A stretch of 64,000 nt of DNA from Dendrobates tinctorius (lineage: Eukaryota). Both the position numbers and the translations under genes were made by a program. Under the pieces are notes generated by a model. It did no database searches and was not told the origin of the DNA. It was given only the letters and a program-made list of their open reading frames with translations. The DNA lies in contig NW_027361790.1 of assembly GCF_039654945.1 (NCBI RefSeq), positions 4,960,001 to 5,024,000 of the forward strand, in the 5' to 3' direction. Positions 23,672 to 34,389 of the stretch are shown here, piece after piece; within the stretch, counting starts at the first letter, position 1, and every line of letters begins with the position of its first letter.

Positions 23672-24676
23672 CGGTTGTCCTCAAAAGTTTACACACCCCG
23701 TCAAAATTTTTGCTTTCTTGGCCTTTTTTTCAGAGACTATGAATGATAACACCAAACCTTTTCTCCACTCATGGTTAGTGGTTGGGTGAAGCCATTTATT
23801 GTCAAACTACTGTGTTTTCTCTTTTTAAATCATAATGACAGCCCAAAACATCCAAATGATCCTTTCCAAAAGTTTACATACCCTATTTCTTAATACCGTG
23901 TATTGACGCCTCTAACATCAATGACAGCTTGAAGTCTTTTGTGGTACTTGTGGATGAGGTTCTTTATTTTCTCAGATGATATCAGATGATACTCTACACG
24001 ACTATTAATTACTCGTGTACATATAAGAGGAAGAAGTGCACAACCAAATTAAACTAAAAGGAGGGAATATACGGGTGCTGTCATGGACTCCGTAACATAC
24101 TGTTAACCGGTGAGTAACTACGACTTTATTCAGTCGTCCATGACAGCACCACCTGATAGAATTACAGAGAGTAATAATTACTTTAGGGAGGGACTACCTG
24201 GTCTGAACCTGCCTGTTGCTTTAATAAACCTATTGATCCAATAGTTATTGGCGATGTTGCAGTTGAAAAGTGCCCCTAGAGCCGACACCTGTACTTTAAG
24301 GATGCTGGTGGAGAGTCCCATGTCCAGACCTCTTTGTAAGAACGCTAAGATCTGCGCTATGGGAGTGGACTGCCCAGCTACTACCCCTGATCCCTGAAGG
24401 AATCTTTTCCAAATCCTGATGTAGATTTTAGTCCATGATGGTATGATCTGTAGGGAATCCTGTCCTCCAGGAACAGGAAACCAACTGATGCGTGGGAGAG
24501 GTGCCGCCCTTATGTATCTGTAGGATGTCCTGTTCCTGGAGGGCGGATCCCCTCTCTCAGGTGGTGCTGTCATGGACGACCGAATAAAACATTTTGGCGT
24601 TATCATTCATATTCTCTGAAAAAAGGCCAAGAAAACAAAAATTCTGCTTGGGTATGTAAACTTTTGAGCACAACTG
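23672..24676. mobile_element. Internally deleted Tc1 hosting a DIRS fragment
   Basis: TA|CGGTTGTCCTCAAAAGTTTACA...TGTAAACTTTTGAGCACAACTG|TA. Confidence 0.8.
23990..24588 (-). mobile_element. Internally deleted DIRS1 element (second family)
   Basis: ICR-like junction at about 24072-24155, YR N-terminal fragment (FLQRGLDMGLSTSILKVQVSAL) and a 5' terminus homologous to 13660-13774. Confidence 0.85.
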
Positions 24677-25099
24677 TACATACATTTGGCAAGATACTGG
24701 AATTTTAATTATGATTTAAAGCGATGTTTGATATCCAGCATGAACCGCTAGGCGCAGGCTAAGAATGTGCTAAAAAAAAAAAAGCATGGATTAGTAAATC
24801 TGCCCCAGATCACGACCACCCAGACACCGTATAATGCCATGCACATAGGTCACAAAGGGACTGTTCAGAACATATATAAGCTGTAGGGACAGTTTAAAAA
24901 AAAACAAAAAGTTGCTAAATTTTGCTCAACTACGGGTTGCCATAAAGTTTGTGACTTTGTAAAGAAAACTGGCAGAAAGTGTTTCATGAATCCCCCCATT
25001 ATTTTAACGTAAAATAATGTCTTCTCCAAGCTATAGTCACAATACTGAAAATAAAATAACTCATTCACTGCTGTATTACACTGTACTAGCACAACAGTT

Positions 25100-28000
25100 G
25101 TAGCCACCGAGAACTGGTGACAGAGGTACCCTGACAGTACGGTAGGTGTGTGATGTATGTAGTGCATGGTGACAACAGAGTAGGTGAGCTGTAGTACCGG
25201 GATGGCAGGTGTATTCAAGGGTGACAGCACAGTGTGTGTTACCATACTACTGGGGTGACAGCAGAGTAGTTGTGGGTAAGCTGAAGCATTGGGATGACCA
25301 GCGCAGTCTATGGTGATAACAGTATAGGTGTGGGTTAGTTGCAATCTATGGCAACATTAGTGTGTGAGATAGCTGTGTACAAGACTGGCAATGGTAGTTT
25401 ATTGTGAGAGCAATGTATGTGTTGGTGAGCTGTAGTCTATGGTGACAGTAGTGTAGGTATCGGTGAGTTGTAGCACCAGGGTTACATGTGTTGTCTATGG
25501 TGATAGAAGTGTAGGTGTGGATTAGCTGTAGCTTATAGTGACAGCAGTGTAGGCGGTGGTGAACTGTAGTATCAGGGTTACAGGTGTTTTCTATTATGAC
25601 AGCAGTGGAGGTGTGGGTTAGCTGTGGTACCACAATGACAGGTATTTTCTATAACAACAGTGTAGGTGATAATGAGCTGCAGGATGACAAGTGTAGTTTA
25701 TGTTGACAGCAGTGTAGGTGTGTGTGAGTTGTAATCTATGGTGACAGCAGTGTAGGTGTGGGTGAGTTGTAGTACCAGGATGGCAGGTGTAGTCTATGGT
25801 GACAGCATTGTAAGAGTGGGTGAGCTGTAGTACCGGGGTGACAGATGTAATCTATGGTGACAGCAGTGTAGGTGTGGGTGAGCTGTAGTACCGGGGTGAC
25901 AGATGTAATCTATGGTGACAGCAGTGTAGGTGAGCTGTAGTACCAGGATGACAGGTGTAGTATATGGTGACAGCAGTGTAAGAGTGGGTGAGCTGTAGTA
26001 CTGGGGTGACAAATGTAGTCTATGGTGACAGCAGTGCAAGAGTGGGTGAGCTGTAGTACTGGGGTGACAGATGTAGTCTATGGTGACAGCAGTGTAGGTG
26101 TGGGTGAGCTGTAGCACCGGGGTGACAGGTGTAGTCTATGGTGACAGCAGTGTAGGTGTGGGTGAGCTGTAGCACCGGGGTGACAGGTGTAGTCTATGGT
26201 GACAGCAGTGTGGGTGAGCTGTAGTAATAAGGTGACAGGTGTAGTCTATGGTGACAGCAGTGTAGGAGTGTGTGAGCTGTAGCACTGAGGGTGACAGCAG
26301 TGTAGGTATGGGAGAGCTGTAGCACCGGGGTGACAGGTGTAGTCTATGGTGACAGCAGTGTAGGTGTGGGTGAGCTGTAGCACCGGGGTGACAGATGTAG
26401 TCTATGGTGACAGCAGTGTAGGTGTGGGTGAGCTGTAGCACAGGGGTGACAGGTGTACTCTATAGTGACAGCAGTGTGGGTGAGCTGTAGCACCGGGGTG
26501 ACAGGTGTACTCTATAGTGACAGCAGTGTGGGTGAGCTGTAGCACCGGGGTGACAGGTGTACTCTATGGTGACAGCAGTGTGGGTGAGCTGTAGCACCGG
26601 GGTGACAGGTGTACTCTATGGTGACAGCAGTGTGGGTGAGCTGTAGCACCGGGGTGACAGGTGTACTCTATAGTGGCAGCAGTGTGGGTGAGCTGTAGCA
26701 CCGGGGTGACAGGTGTACTCTATAGTGGCAGCAGTGTGGGTGAGCTGTAGCACCGGGGTGACAGGTGTACTCTATAGTGACAGCAGTGTGGGTGAGCTGT
26801 AGCACCGGGGTGACAGGTGTACTCTATAGTGACAGCAGTGTGGGTGAGCTGTAGTAATAAGGTGACAGGTGTACTCTATAGTGACAGCAGTGTGGGTGAG
26901 CTGTAGCACCGGGGAGACAGGTGTACTCTATAGTGACAGCAGTGTGGGTGAGCTGTAGCAGCGGGGTGACAGGTGTACTCTATAGTGACAGCAGTGTGGG
27001 TGAGCTGTAGCACCGGGGTGACAGGTGTACTCTATAGTGACAGCAGTGTGGGTGAGCTGTAGCACCGGGGTGACAGGTGTACTCTATAGTGACAGCAGTG
27101 TGGGTGAGCTGTAGCACCGGGGAGACAGGTGTACTCTATAGTGACAGCAGTGTGGGTGAGCTGTAGCAGCGGGGTGACAGGTGTACTCTATAGTGACAGC
27201 AGTGTGGGTGAGCTGTAGCACCGGGGTGACAGGTGTACTCTATGGTGACAGCAGTGTGGGTGAGCTGTAGCACCGGGGTGACAGGTGTACTCTATAGTGG
27301 CAGCAGTGTGGGTGAGCTGTAGCACCGGGGTGACAGGTGTACTCTATAGTGGCAGCAGTGTGGGTGAGCTGTAGCACCGGGGTGACAGGTGTACTCTATA
27401 GTGACAGCAGTGTGGGTGAGCTGTAGCACCGGGGTGACAGGTGTACTCTATAGTGACAGCAGTGTGGGTGAGCTGTAGCACCGGGGTGACAGGTGTACTC
27501 TATAGTGACAGCAGTGTGGGTGAGCTGTAGTAATAAGGTGACAGGTGTACTCTATAGTGACAGCAGTGTGGGTGAGCTGTAGCACCGGGGAGACAGGTGT
27601 ACTCTATAGTGACAGCAGTGTGGGTGAGCTGTAGCAGCGGGGTGACAGGTGTACTCTATAGTGACAGCAGTGTGGGTGAGCTGTAGCACCGGGGTGACAG
27701 GTGTACTCTACAGTGACAGCAGTGTGGGTGAGCTGTAGCACCGGGGTGACAGGTGTACTCTATAGTGACAGCAGTGTGGGTGAGCTGTAGCACCGGGGAG
27801 ACAGGTGTACTCTATAGTGACAGCAGTGTGGGTGAGCTGTAGCAGCGGGGTGACAGGTGTACTCTATAGTGACAGCAGTGTGGGTGAGCTGTAGCAGCGG
27901 GGTGACAGGTGTACTCTATGGTGACAGCAGTGTGGGTGAGCTGTAGCACCGGGGTGACAGGTGTACTCTATAGTGGCAGCAGTGTGGGTGAGCTGTAGCA

Positions 28001-31000
28001 CCGGGGTGACAGGTGTACTCTATAGTGGCAGCAGTGTGGGTGAGCTGTAGCACCGGGGTGACAGGTGTACTCTATAGTGGCAGCAGTGTGGGTGAGCTGT
28101 AGCACCGGGGTGACAGGTGTACTCTATAGTGACAGCAGTGTGGGTGAGCTGTAGCACCGGGGTGACAGGTGTACTCTATGGTGACAGCAGTGTGGGTGAG
28201 CTGTAGCACCGGGGTGACAGGTGTACTCTATGGTGACAGCAGTGTGGGTGAGCTGTAGCACCGGGGTGACAGGTGTACTCTATGGTGACAGCAGTGTGGG
28301 TGAGCTGTAGCACCGGGGTGACAGCAGTGTGGGTGAGCTGTAGCACCGGGGTGACAGGTGTAATCTATAGTGACAGCAGTGTGGGTGAGCTGTAGCACCG
28401 GGGTGACAGGTGTACTCTATGGTGACAGCAGTGTGGGTGAGCTGTAGCACCGGGGTGACAGGTGTACTCTATAGTGGCAGCAGTGTGGGTGAGCTGTAGC
28501 ACCGGCGTGACAGGTGTACTCTATGGTGACAGCAGTGTGGGTGAGCTGTAGCACCGGGGTGACAGGTGTACTCTATGGTGACAGCAGTGTGGGTGAGCTG
28601 TAGCACCGGGGTGACAGGTGTACTCTATGGTGACAGCAGTGTGGGTGAGCTGTAGCACCGGGGTGACAGGTGTACTCTATGGTGACAGCAGTGTGGGTGA
28701 GCTGTAGCACCGGGGTGACAGGTGTACTCTATGGTGACAGCAGTGTGGGTGAGCTGTAGCACCGGGGTGACAGGTGTACTCTATAGTGGCAGCAGTGTGG
28801 GTGAGCTGTAGCACCAGGGTGACAGGTGTACTCTATGGTGACAGCAGTGTGGGTGAGCTGTAGCACCGGGGTGACAGGTGTACTCTATAGTGGCAGCAGT
28901 GTGGGTGAGCTGTAGCACCAGGGTGACAGGTGTACTCTATAGTGGCAGCAGTGTGGGTGAGCTGTAGCACCGGGGCGACAGGTGTACTCTATAGTGACAG
29001 CAGTGTGGGTGAGCTGTAGTAATAAGGTGACAGGTGTACTCTATAGTGACAGCAGTGTGGGTGAGCTGTAGCACCGGGGAGACAGGTGTACTCTATAGTG
29101 ACAGCAGTGTGGGTGAGCTGTAGCACCGGGGTGACAGGTGTACTCTATAGTGGCAGCAGTGTGGGTGAGCTGTAGCACCGGGGTGACAGGTGTACTCTAT
29201 AGTGACAGCAGTGTGGGTGAGCTGTAGTAATAAGGTGACAGGTGTACTCTATAGTGACAGCAGTGTGGGTGAGCTGTAGCACCGGGGAGACAGGTGTACT
29301 CTATAGTGACAGCAGTGTGGGTGAGCTGTAGCAGCGGGGTGACAGGTGTACTCTATAGTGACAGCAGTGTGGGTGAGCTGTAGCACCGGGGTGACAGGTG
29401 TACTCTATAGTGACAGCAGTGTGGGTGAGCTGTAGCACCGGGGTGACAGGTGTACTCTATAGTGACAGCAGTGTGGGTGAGCTGTAGCACCGGGGAGACA
29501 GGTGTACTCTATAGTGACAGCAGTGTGGGTGAGCTGTAGCAGCGGGGTTACAGGTGTACTCTATAGTGACAGCAGTGTGGGTGAGCTGTAGCACCGGGGT
29601 GACAGGTGTACTCTATGGTGACAGCAGTGTGGGTGAGCTGTAGCACCGGGGTGACAGGTGTACTCTATGGTGACAGCAGTGTGGGTGAGCTGTAGCACCG
29701 GGGTGACAGGTGTACTCTATGGTGACAGCAGTGTGGGTGAGCTGTAGCACCGGGGTGACAGGTGTACTCTATGGTGACAGCAGTGTGGGTGAGCTGTAGC
29801 ACCGGGGTGACAGGTGTACTCTATGGTGACAGCAGTGTGGGTGAGCTGTAGCACCGGGGTGACAGGTGTACTCTATAGTGGCAGCAGTGTGGGTGAGCTG
29901 TAGCACCGGGGTGACAGGTGTACTCTATAGTGGCAGCAGTGTGGGTGAGCTGTAGCACCGGGGTGACAGGTGTACTCTATAGTGACAGCAGTGTGGGTGA
30001 GCTGTAGCACCGGGGTGACAGGTGTACTCTATGGTGACAGCAGTGTGGGTGAGCTGTAGCACCGGGGTGACAGGTGTACTCTATAGTGACAGCAGTGTGG
30101 GTGAGCTGTAGCACCGGGGTGACAGGTGTACTCTATGGTGACAGCAGTGTGGGTGAGCTGTAGCACCGGGGTGACAGCAGTGTGGGTGAGCTGTAGCACC
30201 GGGGTGACAGCAGTGTGGGTGAGCTGTAGCACCGGGGTGACAGGTGTAATCTATAGTGACAGCAGTGTGGGTGAGCTGTAGCACCGGGGTGACAGGTGTA
30301 CTCTATGGTGACAGCAGTGTGGGTGAGCTGTAGCACCGGGGTGACAGGTGTACTCTATAGTGGCAGCAGTGTGGGTGAGCTGTAGCACCAGCGTGACAGG
30401 TGTACTCTATGGTGACAGCAGTGTGGGTGAGCTGTAGCACCGGGGTGACAGGTGTACTCTATAGTGACAGCAGTGTGGGTGAGCTGTAGCACCGGGGTGA
30501 CAGGTGTACTCTATGGTGACAGCAGTGTGGGTGAGCTGTAGCACCGGGGTGACAGGTGTACTCTATAGTGACAGCAGTGTGGGTGAGCTGTAGCACCGGG
30601 GTGACAGGTGTACTCTATAGTGACAGCAGTGTGGGTGAGCTGTAGCACCGGGGTGACAGGAGTAATCTATAGTGACAGCAGTGTGGGTGAGCTGTAGCAC
30701 CGGGGTGACAGGTGTACTCTATAGTGACAGCAGTGTGGGTGAGCTGTAGCACCGGGGTGACAGGTGTACTCTATGGTGACAGCAGTGTGGGTGAGCTGCA
30801 GCACCGGGGTGACAGGTGTACTCTATAGTGGCAGCAGTGTGGGTGAGCTGTAGCACCGGGGTGACAGGTGTACTCTATGGTGACAGCAGTGTGGGTGAGC
30901 TGTAGCACCGGGGTGACAGGTGTACTCTATAGTGGCAGCAGTGTGGGTGAGCTGTAGCACCGGGGTGACAGGTGTACTCTATGGTGACAGCAGTGTGGGT

Positions 31001-32154
31001 GAGCTGTAGCACCGGGGTGACAGGTGTACTCTATGGTGACAGCAGTGTGGGTGAGCTGTAGCACCGGGGTGACAGGTGTACTCTATGGTGACAGCAGTGT
31101 GGGTGAGCTGTAGCACCGGGGTGACAGGTGTACTCTATAGTGGCAGCAGTGTGGGTGAGCTGTAGCACCGGGGTGACAGGTGTACTCTATAGTGGCAGCA
31201 GTGTGGGTGAGCTGTAGCACCGGGGTGACAGGTGTACTCTATAGTGGCAGCAGTGTGGGTGAGCTGTAGCACCGGGGTGACAGGTGTACTCTATAGTGAC
31301 AGCAGTGTGGGTGAGCTGTAGCACCGGCGTGACAGGTGTACTCTATAGTGACAGCAGTGTGGGTGAGCTGTAGTAATAAGGTGACAGGTGTACTCTATAG
31401 TGACAGCAGTGTGGGTGAGCTGTAGCACCGGGGTGACAGCAGTGTGGGTGAGCTGTAGCACCGGGGTGACAGGTGTACTCTATGGTGACAACAGTGTGGG
31501 TGAGCTGTAGCACCGGGGTGACAGGTGTACTCTATGGTGACAGCAGTGTGGGTGAGCTGTAGCACCGGGGTGACAGGTGTACTCTATGGTGACAGCAGTG
31601 TGGGTGAGCTGTAGCACCGGGGTGACAGGTGTACTCTATGGTGACAGCAGTGTGGGTGAGCTGTAGCACCGGGGTGACAGGTGTACTCTATGGTGACAGC
31701 AGTGTGGGTGAGCTGTAGCACCGGGGTGACAGGTGTACTCTATAGTGACAGCAGTGTGGGTGAGCTGTAGCACCGGGGTGACAGGTGTACTCTATGGTGA
31801 CAGCAGTGTGGGTGAGCTGTAGCACCGGGGTGACAGGTGTACTCTATGGTGACAGCAGTGTGGGTGAGCTGTAGCACCGGGGTGACAGGTGTACTCTATG
31901 GTGACAGCAGTGTGGGTGAGCTGTAGCACCGGGGTGACAGGTGTACTCTATAGTGGCAGCAGTGTGGGTGAGCTGTAGCACCGGGGTGACAGGTGTACTC
32001 TATGGTGACAGCAGTGTGGGTGAGCTGTAGCACCGGGGTGACAGGTGTACTCTATGGTGACAGCAGTGTGGGTGAGCTGTAGCACCGGGGTGACAGCAGT
32101 GTGGGTGAGCTGTAGCACCGGGGTGACAGGTGTACTCTATGGTGACAGCAGTGT
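25100..32154. repeat. 52-bp minisatellite array (about 7 kb) in USP15 intron 1
   Basis: Unit GGTGACAGGTGTACTCTATRGTGACAGCAGTGTGGGTGAGCTGTAGCACCGG; about 110 homogeneous units at about 26445-32154 plus a degenerate 58-bp-type left flank. Confidence 0.98.
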
Positions 32155-32900
32155 CGGAGTTGGGCATGTGACAGGTGGAGCACACTGTGGCAGTCTGTAG
32201 TGACAGCAGTGAGTCCCGCAGGCCTTCGGCACAGTCTAGAGCAATGACGGCGGACAGGCACCGGCTGGCAGAGGCCGCAGCACGGGATACCGATGACTGA
32301 CAATGAGCAGGTGACCCGGTGCTGGCTGCAGCGCTCACTTCCTGGCATGATACAGATGTTTTCTCTATCACTCGCGACTCGTCCAGGACATCCACGCCCC
32401 CGGCAGCGCCTCTCCTCGCACTCTAGGCCTTCCCGGGCCCCTGTGCCCTTTAGCACCACTTACCAGGTGTCCCCTCTCCGAAGCGGAGTCTTCAGCAGCG
32501 CTGACACTTCGGATCTCTGAGTCTCCAGATCAACCACTCCGCCCTCCGCCATCTTCCTGCACTGACAGCTGCGCGCTGCATCCTGGGAGTGACGTCACTG
32601 CTGGGAAGTAGGGGAAGCGTTGAGAGCGGCTGTGTGCGCCTGGGAAACGCTGCAGCCAATCACTGGAGACGCGAGCTGTAACCAGGACACTGAGGAAGCT
32701 GCAGTGTCAGTGCGCACGGCACACAGCAGCACCAGGGCTAGCAGCTGGCAGTGAGGCCGCACGGGCACTGCCCAGGAATGACCGTATAGCCGGGTGTTAC
32801 AGGCAATAACTAATATGCTGCCGTTAACCCCTTTATCATTCTTTCCTCCCCCGTTCCTCGCAGTCCTGAGGGCTTGTCTGTCTGCAGGGTGAGATGCAGT
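32150..32900. promoter_or_regulatory. CpG-island promoter of USP15 with CRE palindrome, CCAAT box and YY1 motif
   Basis: GC/CpG-rich unique sequence around exon 1; AGTGACGTCACT at 32588-32599 (full CRE); AGCCAATCA at about 32654-32662 (NF-Y); CCGCCATCTT at 32546-32555 overlapping the ATG (YY1); no obvious TATA box. Confidence 0.8.
32464..32552 (-). CDS. usp15: USP15 coding exon 1 (ubiquitin carboxyl-terminal hydrolase 15, start of DUSP domain)
   Basis: Minus strand reads gcaggaagATGGCGGAGGGC...GACACCTG|gtaagt = MAEGGVVDLETQRSEVSALLKTPLRRGDTW, matching the recalled vertebrate USP15 N-terminus (MAEGGAADLDTQRSDIATLLKTSLRKGDTW). 89 coding nt, strong Kozak context, canonical donor. Confidence 0.97.
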
Positions 32901-33440
32901 TTTGCATGACAACATTCCCTTTACCCTGTCACAGGGGAGCACTGTGTTTGGTCAGCGCTGACCTTTGTTTTTGACCAAATTTTGGCTTTTGATTCCCAAA
33001 GTGACCCCAGTTTTTCTCCATCACAACAACTTTTTAATCTAGAGGATTCCCCCCTTCATCTCCAAAACCATACACCATGCATATAGAATGGGAAATAATG
33101 CAAAAAACATGACCTGAATGCACAGGCGTAGCCAGGGGTTTAGCTGGAGGGTGAAACTTCTCCCTAATAGTGGAGGAGAACCTCAGCAGATCACAGCACT
33201 GTTACTGTAAAAAATCTCGCTGCAAAGACCAACATGGATATTACCGCCATATGGTGACAGTGGTAGATACCAGCCCTACAGAACATATAAGACTACAGCA
33301 CAGTTATAGATGGTGACTTACAGCTGATGTTCTGTGTGATTCGGGTTGTACTCTTTTCCCATCTTCTTCATCTGGCCCAGACCGACATGACAACTTCTCC
33401 AGCCAGGACTCAGCTGCAGAGATTATAACAAAGACATTTC

Positions 33441-33823
33441 GGCTATGTGCACACAGTGCGGATCCTCCCGCGGATTTTTCCGCGCTGATTTTACTAAATC
33501 CGCAGGTCAAATGACCTGCATTTTTCCAGCAGATTTCTTACTTTTTTTTGTGCGGTTTTACTGCGGTTTTTGTGCGGTTTTCCACTGCGGTTTTCCACCT
33601 GCGGATTTGTAGAATGGAGCAGGTGGAAAACTGCAGCAAAACCGCACAAAAGAAGTCACATGCTGCTTTTTTTTTTCCGCACAAAAACCGCAGCATGTGC
33701 ACAGCAGTTTTTTTTTTACATAGGCTTTAATGGTACTGTACATCACCTGCAGTTCTGCTGCACATTCGCAGCGGCAAATCCGCTGCGGATCCGCAGCAGA
33801 ATCCGCACCGTGTGCACAGGGCC
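33441..33823. mobile_element. Harbinger-like MITE
   Basis: GGCTATGTGCACACAGTGCGGAT / ATCCGCACCGTGTGCACAGGGCC. Confidence 0.75.
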
Positions 33824-34389
33824 TTCTTCACATTTCAGGCATCATTGCCATCTATTCCCAACTTGCACAACCTCTTCATCCTGCTGATACCCCAATGCTG
33901 ATCCCCTGCTGCCATATGTGTCCCTATTACTGCACCTACAATGTGGTTCTGTGCACTCTCTACGTGGTAAAACAACCCTCTAGAATATATTAATGCCATG
34001 TGCAAGTGCTCTAGAAAACAGTGCCCACATTTTTCCCCATGGAAGGTAATAATGCCCTCTGTGTGCCCCTATAACAATAAGTTCCCACTTTACATTTAAT
34101 AATGTTCAGAGTCCACCCTCCTATACAGCTTCTCTCTACATAGTATGATGCTCCCCTATAAACAGTATAATGCCCCCACACAGTATACTGACACCTTAGT
34201 AGTCCACAAACTGTTCAATGACTCCAACACCCTATGATGGCCCACACACTGTATGATGGCCCCCTAAACAGCCTCCATATAGTATACTGCACTCCTCATA
34301 GGCTTCTGTATAGTATAATGCACTCCCCATAGGCCTCCTTATAGTATAACGCATCCTATAATCCTCCATATAGTATAATGCACTCCCAA

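Noticed and set aside
25100-32154. CRISPR-like array or repetitive His/Cys-rich protein
   Set aside because: Units are contiguous with no unique spacers and no cas genes; 52 is not a multiple of 3 and stops recur; the context is a eukaryotic intron.
32000-32942. ORFs around the promoter
   Set aside because: GC-rich chance frames, mostly with non-ATG starts; the real coding exon is 32464-32552.
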